Shown piece after piece: positions 9,205 through 19,209 of a stretch of DNA of 64,000 nucleotides (position 1 is the stretch's first letter; every line of letters begins with the position of its first letter). The translations under genes and the position numbers were made by a program. This DNA comes from Bacilli bacterium (GTDB lineage: Bacteria; Bacillota_I; Bacilli_A; RF39; UBA660), in assembly GCA_900753325.1 (NCBI GenBank), contig CAADYO010000001.1:66546-130545 (forward strand). Reading direction: 5' to 3'. The notes beneath the pieces were generated by a model. That model was not told the DNA's origin and did not search any database. It was given only the letters and a program-made list of their open reading frames with translations.

Positions 9205-11109
9205 TTAGTTAATTGCATAATCATCTTCTAGAGAGAATTCTACATTTTCTTCAATCCATTCTTTTCTTGGTGGTACATCATCACCCATTAGGATGGATAC
9301 ACGTTTTTCTGCCAACTGAGCATCTTCTATATTTACTCTAATTAGTGTTCTGGTTCCTGGCTTCATGGTTGTTTCACATAACTGATCGGCGTTCATTTCA
9401 CCAAGTCCTTTATATCTTTGAATTTCACATTTTTTGCCTTTACTTTTTTCTTTCATTTCATCAATGGTGTATGCATATTCAATATTTTTACCGGATTGAA
9501 TTTTAAATAATGGTGGCAAGGCAACAAATAATCTTCCATCTTCAATCAATGGTTTCATATAACGATAGAAAAATGTTAATAATAAACATTGAATATGTCC
9601 ACCATCTTCATCGGCATCGGACATGATAATAACTTTTGAGTACTCACAGTCTTTTATATCAAAGTTAGAGCCATATCCAGCGCCAATTGTATATATCATG
9701 GTATTTATTTCTTCATTTTTTAAAATATCTTCTTCTTTAGTTTTTTCAGTATTTAAGACTTTACCTCTTAAAGGAAGAATTGCTTGGTAGCGTCTATCTC
9801 TTCCTTGTTTAGCAGAACCTCCTGCTGAATCTCCTTCGACTAAGAATAATTCTTTTTTGGCCTTATCTTTACTTTGAGCTGGAGCAAGTTTTCCGGAAAG
9901 GGAACGTTCTTTATTATTTTTTTTAGTTCCTTTACGGGCTTCTTCCCTAGCCTTTCTAGCTGCTTCACGAGCTATTTTGCTACGTAAACTTTTATTAATT
10001 ATTTCAGTTGCTATTGATTTATTTTCTTCTAAAAATGTTCTAATTTGCTCAGTTACAATATTTTCAACGGCAACTCTAGCTTGCGGTGTTCCTAACTTTC
10101 CTTTAGTTTGCCCTTCAAATTGAAGAATTGCTTCTGGTATTTTTAAACTGATAACAGCGGTTAGACCTTCTCTAACGTCACTACCTTCAAAAGCCTTATC
10201 TTTTCCTTTTACAAAACCATTAGTTTTGGCGTAATCATTAAAGGCTTTTGTTAGTGCTGTTTTAAAGCCAACTTCATGTGAACCACCATCAATAGTTTTA
10301 ACGTTATTGACAAAACTTACAATATTTTCATTGTATGAATCAGTATACTGAAGGGCTATGTCTACATCCATTTTATCTCTGGTTCCAGTTAGTGATAAAA
10401 CCTTATGAAGTGGAGTTTTACCTTTATTTAATTCTTCAACAAATTCTTCGATACCTCTTTCGTAGTGAAACTTAGCTTCTCTTTCATCTTCTTCGTCTAT
10501 TACTTCTAAAGTTATGCCTTTTAAAAGAAAAGCACTTTCTTGCATTCTTTCGCATATTGTCGTATATGAAAAATTTGTTGTTGTGAAGATTTCATCATCT
10601 GGTAAAAACCTAACTGTAGTACCAGTTTTATTAGTTGTGCCTATTTCTTTTAAAGGTACGGCTACATGGCCACCATTTTCAAAACGAATATAATATTCTT
10701 TTTTATCTCTTTTAATAGTTACTTCCATCCATTTTGATAAAGCGTTAACGACACTACTACCAACACCATGTAATCCACCTGAAACTTTGTAGCCATCACT
10801 TTCGAACTTACCACCGGCATGTAGAACGGTAAAGATTACTTCTGGTGTTGATTTACCTGATTCATGCATACCAGTTGGAACTCCACGGCCGTGATCTTCA
10901 ACGCTTACTGATTTATCTTTGTGAATGGTTACTTTTATATAATCTCCATAACCATTAATAGCTTCATCTATAGCATTATCTACAATTTCCCATACTAAGT
11001 GATGTAGTCCTCTTTTATCTGTTGAACCTATATACATACCTGGTCTTTTTCTTACAGCCTCTAATCCTTCTAGTATTTTTATTGATGACTCATTGTATTT
11101 TAATGCCAT
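9205..11109 (-). CDS. parE: DNA topoisomerase IV subunit B (ParE)
   Basis: The 634-aa ORF has a GHKL ATPase N-terminus (HLVWEIVDNAIDEA), a TOPRIM domain (EGDSAGGSAKQGRDR) and a PLRGK motif. It is short relative to GyrB and is paired with parC. Confidence 0.75.
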   Translation of the reverse strand: MALKYNESSIKILEGLEAVRKRPGMYIGSTDKRGLHHLVWEIVDNAIDEAINGYGDYIKVTIHKDKSVSVEDHGRGVPTGMHESGKSTPEVIFTVLHAGGKFESDGYKVSGGLHGVGSSVVNALSKWMEVTIKRDKKEYYIRFENGGHVAVPLKEIGTTNKTGTTVRFLPDDEIFTTTNFSYTTICERMQESAFLLKGITLEVIDEEDEREAKFHYERGIEEFVEELNKGKTPLHKVLSLTGTRDKMDVDIALQYTDSYNENIVSFVNNVKTIDGGSHEVGFKTALTKAFNDYAKTNGFVKGKDKAFEGSDVREGLTAVISLKIPEAILQFEGQTKGKLGTPQARVAVENIVTEQIRTFLEENKSIATEIINKSLRSKIAREAARKAREEARKGTKKNNKERSLSGKLAPAQSKDKAKKELFLVEGDSAGGSAKQGRDRRYQAILPLRGKVLNTEKTKEEDILKNEEINTMIYTIGAGYGSNFDIKDCEYSKVIIMSDADEDGGHIQCLLLTFFYRYMKPLIEDGRLFVALPPLFKIQSGKNIEYAYTIDEMKEKSKGKKCEIQRYKGLGEMNADQLCETTMKPGTRTLIRVNIEDAQLAEKRVSILMGDDVPPRKEWIEENVEFSLEDDYAIN

Positions 11110-11155
11110 TTTATCACTCCTATAATTTCAATCATTTATTATTATAACTAAATAA

Positions 11156-11173
11156 AGCGTTTTTTTCAACGCT
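11156..11173. terminator. Intrinsic terminator hairpin between the lipoprotein gene and parE
   Basis: The hairpin AGCGTT-tttttc-AACGCT has a 6-bp stem and U-rich flanks on both strands. Confidence 0.4.
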
Positions 11174-11270
11174 CTTTTACTTTATTTTACAAAGGTGGAA
11201 GGACTATATTTCCAATCAAGAAGAAAAAGAAGATACTTCATTTATATAAATTTATATCTTCCTTTTAATA

Positions 11271-12065
11271 TTATTTATTAGAACCTGTATATTCTGTTTC
11301 ATTACCCTTTCGGTCATAAACATACACTTTTTGTTTTCCATCTTCTGTTTCTTTTGTTACTTTGTTATTAACTAATACTACCACATCAGTCGAAACATCA
11401 ACACCATATGGTTCATCCTCACCGTTTTGAATTAACAGTCCGTAGACAGACGCTATTTTATTGGCATATACGCCTTTTTTAAGGTATTCACGTTCTGTAT
11501 GTCTGCGTTCTTCAATACTTCCGGATGCATAACCGTTGAAACCAATGGAAGATCCAGATATAAAAGTATCATTTTGACCTTCTATTTCATTAACGGCATA
11601 AAAGCAAGTGGTATCAGATATAGGGAAGCCATACATTAAACTATTATGAATCCTATCATCCATACTGTCTTGAGTTATACCATTCATTTCTGGATATGTT
11701 GATATTATAGTTGTATCAGTGTGAACGTTATCAATATATACTTTTTTTCCGTCTGGTAAACCTTCTGTATAAACTTTTGTATATATTTTTTTATCAGATG
11801 TTATATGCCATTCTTTAGAGACATCACCCTCCAAAGCATATTCAATTACTAGCTTAAAATCTTCACCAGGCACATCAATTATTTGGGGCTTAAAAGCTTC
11901 CTCTGGACTAGTACTATCTATAGTATCATATTGTTCTGTTGCATCTGGCACAATAGTTACCTCATGTTCAATACAGCCAGTTTGAGTTGACCAGGTTATA
12001 GTAGCAGCCAATAAAACAGTAGCTAATTTCTTTTTATTTCCTATTTTGACTTTCATCACAAACAT
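11271..12065 (-). CDS. Putative lipoprotein, hypothetical
   Basis: The 264-aa ORF has an N-terminal signal peptide ending in a lipobox-like QTGC. The mature part is D/E/T-rich. Confidence 0.55.
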   Translation of the reverse strand: MFVMKVKIGNKKKLATVLLAATITWSTQTGCIEHEVTIVPDATEQYDTIDSTSPEEAFKPQIIDVPGEDFKLVIEYALEGDVSKEWHITSDKKIYTKVYTEGLPDGKKVYIDNVHTDTTIISTYPEMNGITQDSMDDRIHNSLMYGFPISDTTCFYAVNEIEGQNDTFISGSSIGFNGYASGSIEERRHTEREYLKKGVYANKIASVYGLLIQNGEDEPYGVDVSTDVVVLVNNKVTKETEDGKQKVYVYDRKGNETEYTGSNK

Positions 12066-12174
12066 CCTACATTTAGTTCTTGATTTATTATTCTATATGT
12101 AAACCAAATACATGTCAAGCATATAAAAATAGCTCTAAATATAGGACAAAAGAAAAATTGACCAGGTCAGTCAA

Positions 12175-12342
12175 TTAGTCTAAATCATCTAATTTGTCAT
12201 ATGTTTTTTTAGCCATATCTTTAGCCATTGTTTTCATATTACATACAACATCAGGATTATTTTTTAAATACATGTAAGCAACAGCTGCCATTACACCAAC
12301 AATTGCTGTTATTACCATGCCTTTTTTACTACCATTTTCCAT
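12175..12342 (-). CDS. Unannotated small (55-aa) membrane peptide ORF
   Basis: Minus-strand ORF MENGSKKGMVITAIVGVMAAVAYMYLKNNPDVVCNMKTMAKDMAKKTYDKLDDLD with a GAGGTG RBS 7 nt upstream. It has one predicted TM helix. It is below the 60-aa cutoff of the ORF track. Confidence 0.3.
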   Translation of the reverse strand: MENGSKKGMVITAIVGVMAAVAYMYLKNNPDVVCNMKTMAKDMAKKTYDKLDDLD

Positions 12343-12377
12343 ATTTTCACCTCAGTTTTAGTATGGAAAATATTTAT

Positions 12378-14567
12378 CTATTTTATTCCATTTTGAAGAA
12401 AATCTTTTATACTAGTACGTCGAACGTCTGCAGAAGTGTTGTTTACAGCTGTTTTTAAAGCTTCTATGTCACCAATTAAATACAATTTTTTCTTACTCCT
12501 TGTTACTCCAGTGTAGATTAATTTGCGATATAGCATCTTATTAAAATTTTTAACAATTGGAATAATTACTACTTCAAATTCACTACCTTGAGCTTTATGA
12601 ATAGAAATAGCATAAGCTAGACGAAAGTTTGCAAAGTTAGACGGTGTATATTTAACAATATTTCCATCAAAATCAATAATTATTTCTTTTTTGGGAGAGG
12701 TTTTTATTTCCTTAATTATACCAATATCACCATTATAGACATTCTCATCTGGCATATTTGTAAGTTGAATTACTTTATCGCCTTCTCTAAAGATAACTTC
12801 TGAGGTGGCAATTTCTTTCTTGTCTTTGGCTTTTTTATTAAATTTTTTTTGAATATGATTGTTTATTTCATCAATACCGGCAATTGTTTTATACATTGGA
12901 CAAAGTATTTGAAAATCTTTATATGACAAGTCTTTATATGTATCAGTTATTTCTAATATATTATTAATTACTTGATTTGGTGATGATTTTATAAAGGTTA
13001 AATCGTCACCTACATTAAATATTTTTTCATTAATTGTTCCTTGTCTAATATCATAAGCAAGGGATAAAATATTAGAATCTTTTCCTTGACGATATAATTC
13101 AGTTAATTTAATAACCGGTAGTTTTTCACTTTGAATTAAATCGTGAAGGACTTGACCTGGACCAACTGATGGCAATTGATGATCATCACCTACCATAACA
13201 ATTTTACAATTAGCTGAAATTCCTTTTAAAAGACTAGCCATTAAATAGGTATCAATCATACTTGCCTCATCTATTATTACAAATTCTACTTTACTCTTAT
13301 TGTACTCATTTACTTGAAATTTATTAGTTTCTTTTTGCCATTTTAGGAAGCGATGAATTGTTGATGCTCTAAGTAGCGTTGTTTCGGTCATTCTTTTAGC
13401 AGCTCTTCCTGTAGGTGCTAAAAGAGCAATTTTTTCTTGAAGAGAAGAATAGTCTAGTTTGTTCATTTGACGATATAGTTCGGTTATGGCTTTCATAATT
13501 GTAGTTTTTCCTGTACCTGGACCACCTGTAATAATTAAAAACTTCTTTTGATAACTTTCTTTTATTGCTTCTAATTGTTCTTCATTGTAAACTATGCCAA
13601 AAAACTCTCCTATTTCTTTTATCTTGTTATCAATATCTTTTGTAATAAGATCTTTTTCATGAGAAAGCAGGCGAAATCTTTTTACAATTAAGGATTCTGA
13701 TTCATACATTTCTTTTAAGTAATATTTTTCTTCTTTTACTATTATTAAAAGATTTTTTTCAAGATTTTTTAAAGCTTCTTCTATTTTTTCATCAGAAATA
13801 TTTACTCCTATAACTCTAGGTAATAGTGATGATAATTCTTCCTTATAATAATAGCTATGTCCATAAGCATCACTTACTTCATTCATAATATAAATAATAC
13901 TTGCTTCTACTCTAATCATAGAGTCTTTTTCAATACCATTTTTTAAAGCTATAAAATCTATTTTTTTGAAATTTAAATTATAAATATCTTGAACTAGTTT
14001 ATAGATATTTTCTTCAATTACTTGTTTAGTTTTATTTTTATAAAAATTGTAAACAATCATAGCATCTTTTGTCGAAAAGCCTAATTCTCCTAGGTAGAGG
14101 ATTGTTTCATAACTTGCTTCATATTCTTGCAATTTGTTATGAAGTGTTTCAATATTTTTTTTGGTTACACCTGGTATTAAAATTAAATTATCCGGATTTT
14201 CTAAGATTACTTTCAAAGTATCCTTACCAAGGACATCTACTATAGCTTTGGCTTTTTTCTCACCTATTCCTTTAAATAGACCTGATGTTAAAAATTCAAT
14301 GATAGAATTTTTTTCTTCTGGTTTACATCTTTCGTAACTATCTACTTGAAATTGTTCTCCATACTTTTGATGATTAACTAATTTACCATAAAAAAGATAT
14401 GTATCCATATCATTAAGTTCATGAAAATATCCAGTAAAGGTAATTACTCTATCAATATAATCAGCAAGTTTCTCATCATCAGTATCTATTACTTTAAATA
14501 GACCAATATGATAACCTTGTGGTGATGAATAAATACTTCTGCGATAATTTCCCTTAATGTATGACAT
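12378..14567 (-). CDS. recD2: ATP-dependent RecD-like DNA helicase (RecD2)
   Basis: The 729-aa ORF has Walker A (ITGGPGTGKTT) and a Walker B region (VIIDEASMID). It has an N-terminal HhH-like region and an SH3-like C-terminus typical of Firmicutes RecD2/YrrC. Confidence 0.75.
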   Translation of the reverse strand: MSYIKGNYRRSIYSSPQGYHIGLFKVIDTDDEKLADYIDRVITFTGYFHELNDMDTYLFYGKLVNHQKYGEQFQVDSYERCKPEEKNSIIEFLTSGLFKGIGEKKAKAIVDVLGKDTLKVILENPDNLILIPGVTKKNIETLHNKLQEYEASYETILYLGELGFSTKDAMIVYNFYKNKTKQVIEENIYKLVQDIYNLNFKKIDFIALKNGIEKDSMIRVEASIIYIMNEVSDAYGHSYYYKEELSSLLPRVIGVNISDEKIEEALKNLEKNLLIIVKEEKYYLKEMYESESLIVKRFRLLSHEKDLITKDIDNKIKEIGEFFGIVYNEEQLEAIKESYQKKFLIITGGPGTGKTTIMKAITELYRQMNKLDYSSLQEKIALLAPTGRAAKRMTETTLLRASTIHRFLKWQKETNKFQVNEYNKSKVEFVIIDEASMIDTYLMASLLKGISANCKIVMVGDDHQLPSVGPGQVLHDLIQSEKLPVIKLTELYRQGKDSNILSLAYDIRQGTINEKIFNVGDDLTFIKSSPNQVINNILEITDTYKDLSYKDFQILCPMYKTIAGIDEINNHIQKKFNKKAKDKKEIATSEVIFREGDKVIQLTNMPDENVYNGDIGIIKEIKTSPKKEIIIDFDGNIVKYTPSNFANFRLAYAISIHKAQGSEFEVVIIPIVKNFNKMLYRKLIYTGVTRSKKKLYLIGDIEALKTAVNNTSADVRRTSIKDFLQNGIK

Positions 14568-14579
14568 ATCTTTCTCCTT

Positions 14580-15860
14580 CTATTCTCCTAGGCAATATGG
14601 ATATTCTACTTCTTTTATTGTTACTGATACAAAAGTATTTGGTTTTATTGTTCTAGGTATTTTAACGTGTAAATAATTGCTTGTATGACCAAGACTGTAA
14701 TCATCTTTATTTTCTTCTATTAAGACTTCTTCGGTTTTGCCAATGAATTTTTCGGCATAAGCTATTTCTAATTCTTTTGAAACGAGTAATAATTCTCTAG
14801 CACGACTCTTTTTTTCACTTGGATCAACATGATTAGGTAATTCAATAGCTTTTGTACCTTTTCTTTCGCTATACGGAAAAACATGAATTTTAGCAAATTC
14901 TAATTCACGGCAAGTTTTGATAGTCTTTTCAAATAACTCTCTAGTTTCTCCTGGAAAGCCAACAATTACATCTGTAGTAATTGAAATATTTGGACGGATC
15001 TTTCTTATCTCTTCAACTTTTTTAAAGAAGTAAGCTAAATCATATTTACGATTCATAGCCTTTAATATTTCATCAGAGCCAGCTTGTAGAGGAATATGTA
15101 AATGGTCAACTATTACATTACTTTTCTTGATAACTTCTAGTACTTCATCAGTTAATTCTGTTGCTTCAATTGAGGAAATACGTAGTCTTTTTAGACCTTT
15201 AATTTTGATAAGTCCTTTTAAAAGATGAGCAAAATTAGTGTCTAGGTCTACTCCATAATTTCCGGTATGAATACCAGTTAAAACTACCTCTTGATAGCCA
15301 TTATTAACTAGAGCTTTTATTTCAGAAATTACTTTATCTTCATCTTTACTGCGACATTTTCCACGAACATATGGAATTATGCAATAACTGCAGAAGTTTT
15401 CACAACCATCCTGAATTTTAACAAAAGCTCTTGTACGGCCTGGAAAGTTTGTTATATACATATCTTCAAATTGACTTTTTGGATCATTATAAAGTTTAAT
15501 AATAGTTTCCTTTTTAGCGAAATATTCATCTAATAGTTCAACAATTTTTGATTTATCTTTATTGCCTATAACTATGTCTAATCCTTCAATATTGTAGTCT
15601 TTATTAGCCTCTATAAAGCAACCCATTGCAACGACACAAGCATCTTTATTTTTTCTAATGGCATTTCTAATCATTTTTCTCGATTTAATATCACTAGTAT
15701 TTGTTACTGTACAAGTATTAATTATGTAGACATCGCAAACATCATCAAAACTTTTAATTTCATAATTGTGTTCTTTTAGAATGTTCATGATATATTCACT
15801 TTCATAAGTATTTACTTTACAGCCTAAAGTTAATATCCCAACACTACGCATTTTACTCAC
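14580..15860 (-). CDS. mtaB: MiaB-like radical-SAM tRNA methylthiotransferase, probably MtaB/YqeV family
   Basis: The 426-aa ORF has an N-terminal MTTase domain with three Cys (GCKVN...C...C). It also has a radical-SAM CxxxCxxC motif (CENFCSYCIIP). Confidence 0.7.
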   Translation of the reverse strand: MSKMRSVGILTLGCKVNTYESEYIMNILKEHNYEIKSFDDVCDVYIINTCTVTNTSDIKSRKMIRNAIRKNKDACVVAMGCFIEANKDYNIEGLDIVIGNKDKSKIVELLDEYFAKKETIIKLYNDPKSQFEDMYITNFPGRTRAFVKIQDGCENFCSYCIIPYVRGKCRSKDEDKVISEIKALVNNGYQEVVLTGIHTGNYGVDLDTNFAHLLKGLIKIKGLKRLRISSIEATELTDEVLEVIKKSNVIVDHLHIPLQAGSDEILKAMNRKYDLAYFFKKVEEIRKIRPNISITTDVIVGFPGETRELFEKTIKTCRELEFAKIHVFPYSERKGTKAIELPNHVDPSEKKSRARELLLVSKELEIAYAEKFIGKTEEVLIEENKDDYSLGHTSNYLHVKIPRTIKPNTFVSVTIKEVEYPYCLGE

Positions 15861-16563
15861 TACTTTCTTTTATTCCTTGATACCAAGTATTTAATTTATC
15901 TTTTGTATTTTCATATACCTCTTTTGTTTTTTCCTTAGCTGATGATATTACAGGAGAAGCTTTTTCTTTTACTTCACTTGATTTTTCTTTAATAATATCC
16001 ATCTCTTTTTGATATACATCTTCACCAACCATATCAATATAGTTTTGTTTTAGAGTCTCTTTTAAGGAAATAGTCATCTCTTTGGCCTTACTATATACTT
16101 TAGTTGAAGTATCCTTTATTTCTTCTTTATAACCTGGATAAACACTTTCTATTTTACTATCTATTTTTTCATATAATTCTATAATCTTTTCTTTTGCTTC
16201 AGTACTTAGATCGTTGAAAGTTTTACCTTTTATGGTGCCATTATAAAATATAAAGTCTGTTAAAATAATAAAGTTTTCTTTTAAACTCTCTTTTACATTT
16301 TTATTAGATGATTGTTCTTTGCTAATATTTTCTATTTGCGTATCAATAGTTGACACGTAGTTAACAACATCTTCATCTGTTACTTCGTTTTCAACCGACT
16401 CGTTAGTAGTTTTAATAACTGGTACTTTTTCTTCTTTAACAGGAGCTTTTTTTGCTTCTTTTTTTGTTGCACTACATCCGGTTACTAATAATAAAAGACA
16501 TAGTATTAATATAGTATATTTTTTCAATCGAATCACCCATTTCTTGCTATAAAAGTATAGCAT
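15853..16563 (-). CDS. Putative lipoprotein, hypothetical
   Basis: The 236-aa ORF has a signal peptide with the lipobox LLVTGCS. The mature part is K/E-rich. Confidence 0.5.
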   Translation of the reverse strand: MLYFYSKKWVIRLKKYTILILCLLLLVTGCSATKKEAKKAPVKEEKVPVIKTTNESVENEVTDEDVVNYVSTIDTQIENISKEQSSNKNVKESLKENFIILTDFIFYNGTIKGKTFNDLSTEAKEKIIELYEKIDSKIESVYPGYKEEIKDTSTKVYSKAKEMTISLKETLKQNYIDMVGEDVYQKEMDIIKEKSSEVKEKASPVISSAKEKTKEVYENTKDKLNTWYQGIKESSE

Positions 16564-16645
16564 ATTTCAACATTTTTTTCAATCTCTATATATATGATAC
16601 GCAATGTTTTAATTATTCCAAAAGAAAAGCTCGAAAATATTCGAG

Positions 16646-17701
16646 CTAATCTAAGTGTTTTTGTAATTCTTTTAATGTCATTAAAAATTCATTAGTCTTT
16701 TTAATTTCTTCATCTAACTTTTCATAGGTTGCGGTATTTTCTAGTTCAATATCTGACTGACTTGGTGTTTTTTCAATACCGAAAATTGGTGAAATGATTG
16801 GGCTTGGTTTATATTTAACATTTTCTTGATAAACTGGTTTTTTAACTGGTTCTGCTTTTACATTTACAAAGTCATCTAAAACCATTTGTTCTGGGACTTG
16901 TTCTTCTTCTAAAGACTCAACTGTAATTGGTTCTAGAACTGGTTCTTCATAGACTTCATTCGGAGTAATTTCTTCAACTACAGAATTTTCTTTAATTCTC
17001 TTTTCAAGATCTGCTAAACTAATCGGTTCATTTCCCTCATCTTCATATTGCGTTATCTCATTAGACTCATACATTTCTTTACTCTTTTTTATTAACTCAT
17101 CTAGACTAATGATTGCATCACGTTCTTGAGCTTCTTCATAACTTGTTAAATCAATATTCTTTGGCTCTTCTTCTGCTTTTTCCAATTCTTCAGTTAAACG
17201 TTTTAGTTCTTCTTGAGCTTCTTTTGGATTAGGTTCTATCGCTGTATATGTTATTTCCTCACTTGGAATAGATTCCATAGTATCTAAGACTAAATCTTCT
17301 ACTTGTTCTTCTTTTATTTCAGTATTTTCAACAATGTTTTTTTCTTCAACTATTGGCTCTATTTTTTGTACTTCTTCAACTTTTTCTACTTCTTTAATTG
17401 CTTCTTCTTTTTTATTAAGTTGTTCAACCGGAGTTTCATTTAACACGGGTTCTATATAACTAATTGGTTCAGTATTTTCTACTGGTTCTAAAACCTCTGG
17501 TTTTTCTTTTTCTAATTCAACATTTATATCTTCAACTAAACGATTTAACTCTTTAGTATTTTGCTTTTGCTTTCTTTTATAATAACTTTTGTCAATTAAA
17601 TAAATAATGAAGTATAAAAAACAGGCAACGCCAACAACAATATAGACAATTATTATTTCTTGTGAAGTTAATATATCAATTAAATCAGTCATTACGTCCA
17701 C
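16646..17701 (-). CDS. Membrane-anchored, highly acidic repeat-rich protein, hypothetical
   Basis: The 351-aa ORF has one N-terminal TM helix. A long E/P/V-rich low-complexity region follows (EEPV, VLEP repeats). Confidence 0.45.
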   Translation of the reverse strand: MDVMTDLIDILTSQEIIIVYIVVGVACFLYFIIYLIDKSYYKRKQKQNTKELNRLVEDINVELEKEKPEVLEPVENTEPISYIEPVLNETPVEQLNKKEEAIKEVEKVEEVQKIEPIVEEKNIVENTEIKEEQVEDLVLDTMESIPSEEITYTAIEPNPKEAQEELKRLTEELEKAEEEPKNIDLTSYEEAQERDAIISLDELIKKSKEMYESNEITQYEDEGNEPISLADLEKRIKENSVVEEITPNEVYEEPVLEPITVESLEEEQVPEQMVLDDFVNVKAEPVKKPVYQENVKYKPSPIISPIFGIEKTPSQSDIELENTATYEKLDEEIKKTNEFLMTLKELQKHLD

Positions 17702-17907
17702 CTCTTATATTAAGAATATCATATGTCATATTTTATGGAAAGATAAGTTTGTTTTTTTAGGTAAATTTTACAATAGTTTTTACGTTTTTCTACGTTTGTT
17801 CGATTTACATATTTTTTACATTATATTTGGCATACTGTGCAACTACATTTTAACATATTTTAAATGAGATTTGTTATTATATTTTAAAAAAAGTCATATA
17901 ACTTACT

Positions 17908-19206
17908 ATGAAGGAAAAATTTATTAAGTCAACTATAGTATTATTAATTGGTGGTTTATTTACTAAAATACTTGGTATGGTCATTAAAATTGTTATGAGT
18001 AGACTTATTGGTACTGAGGGTTTGGGATTATATATGCTAATACTTCCTACTTTCTCTCTTTTTATCGGTATAAGTCAACTTGGTATGCCTGTTGCTTTAG
18101 CTAAACTTATTGCAGAAGATACTAAAGATAATAGAAAATTATTTTTTTCGGTAGTACCTGTTATTTTACTGGGTAATATATTTTTAATTTTTTTAATTAT
18201 TATTTTAGCACCAGTTCTTGCAAATAATTTGTTACATAATAGTGAGACCTATTATGGAATTTTAGCAATTAGTTTAGTTATACCTTTTACAAGTATTTCT
18301 AGTATTTGTCGAAGCTATTTTTTTGGAAAAGAAAGAATGGTGCCACACGTTGTTTCTAATTTGGTTGAAGATGTTGTTAGGCTTTTATTAATGATTGTAG
18401 GTATACCTTTTGTTATAGATAAGGGTTTAAATATTGCTGTTTGTTATATAATTCTTTCTAATATTATTAGTGAGACAGCTTCTATTATTGTATTGTTTTT
18501 GTTTTTGCCAAAGAAACTTGTTATTAAAAGAGGTGATTTGAAGCCAGATAAAAGTTATGTTTCGGAATGTTTATCTATTGGCATTCCTAATACAACTGGT
18601 AGACTAATCGGAAGTATTGGCTATTTTTTAGAGCCTATTATTCTAAGCTTAGTACTATTAAGTGTTGGCTATAATAATACTTTTATTACGCAGGAATATG
18701 GCATTTTGTCTGGTTATGTTATGCCTTTAATATTATTGCCTTCATTCTTTACTTTGGCAATCTCACAGGCCTTACTACCTGTTGTTTCTAAGGAATTTGC
18801 AAGAGGAAAAACTAAGAGTGTTAGGAAAAAAATTAGAATGGCAATTTTTTTCTCTTTAGTTATTGGAGTCCCCGCTACAATTTTCTTTGTCCTTAAACCT
18901 GAATTTTTCTTAAGAATAGTCTATCATACTAATGAAGGTGTTAATTATATGAAGTTTTTAGCTCCTGTTTGCTTGCTTCAATATATTCAAGCTCCTTTAG
19001 CAACTTCACTTGATGCTATGGGGAAAAGTCGAGATGCAATGATTGGAACAACTATAGGTATGGTTATTAGAACCAGTTTATTATTTGTACTTTCATATTT
19101 AAAAATAGGTCTCTTTGGATTAATAATTGCAATAAGTATTAATGTAGTTGCAGTTACTTTATATGATCTTTTGAGAGTTAGATTTCATTTAAAAAAGGCT
19201 TGTTAG
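17908..19206 (+). CDS. MOP-superfamily polysaccharide biosynthesis/flippase protein (Wzx/SpoVB-like)
   Basis: The 432-aa ORF is polytopic with about 12 predicted TM helices. Its N-terminal pattern (LIGGLFTKILGMVIKIVMSRLIGTEGLGLY) is typical of Polysacc_synt family flippases. It is the only long plus-strand gene. Confidence 0.6.
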   Translation: MKEKFIKSTIVLLIGGLFTKILGMVIKIVMSRLIGTEGLGLYMLILPTFSLFIGISQLGMPVALAKLIAEDTKDNRKLFFSVVPVILLGNIFLIFLIIILAPVLANNLLHNSETYYGILAISLVIPFTSISSICRSYFFGKERMVPHVVSNLVEDVVRLLLMIVGIPFVIDKGLNIAVCYIILSNIISETASIIVLFLFLPKKLVIKRGDLKPDKSYVSECLSIGIPNTTGRLIGSIGYFLEPIILSLVLLSVGYNNTFITQEYGILSGYVMPLILLPSFFTLAISQALLPVVSKEFARGKTKSVRKKIRMAIFFSLVIGVPATIFFVLKPEFFLRIVYHTNEGVNYMKFLAPVCLLQYIQAPLATSLDAMGKSRDAMIGTTIGMVIRTSLLFVLSYLKIGLFGLIIAISINVVAVTLYDLLRVRFHLKKAC

Positions 19207-19209
19207 CCT

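Noticed and set aside
6632-11109. Alternative call of this gene pair as gyrB-gyrA
   Set aside because: The A subunit has no GyrA-box heptapeptide (QRRGGKG) in its C-terminal domain. The B subunit is at the short end for GyrB. The locus is not next to dnaA/dnaN/recF. ParE-ParC is therefore more likely, but alignment is needed to settle it.
12228-12458. Plus-strand 76-aa ORF overlapping the recD2 3' end
   Set aside because: It overlaps the recD2 stop and runs antisense to the candidate small minus-strand ORF. It has no RBS and low-complexity content.
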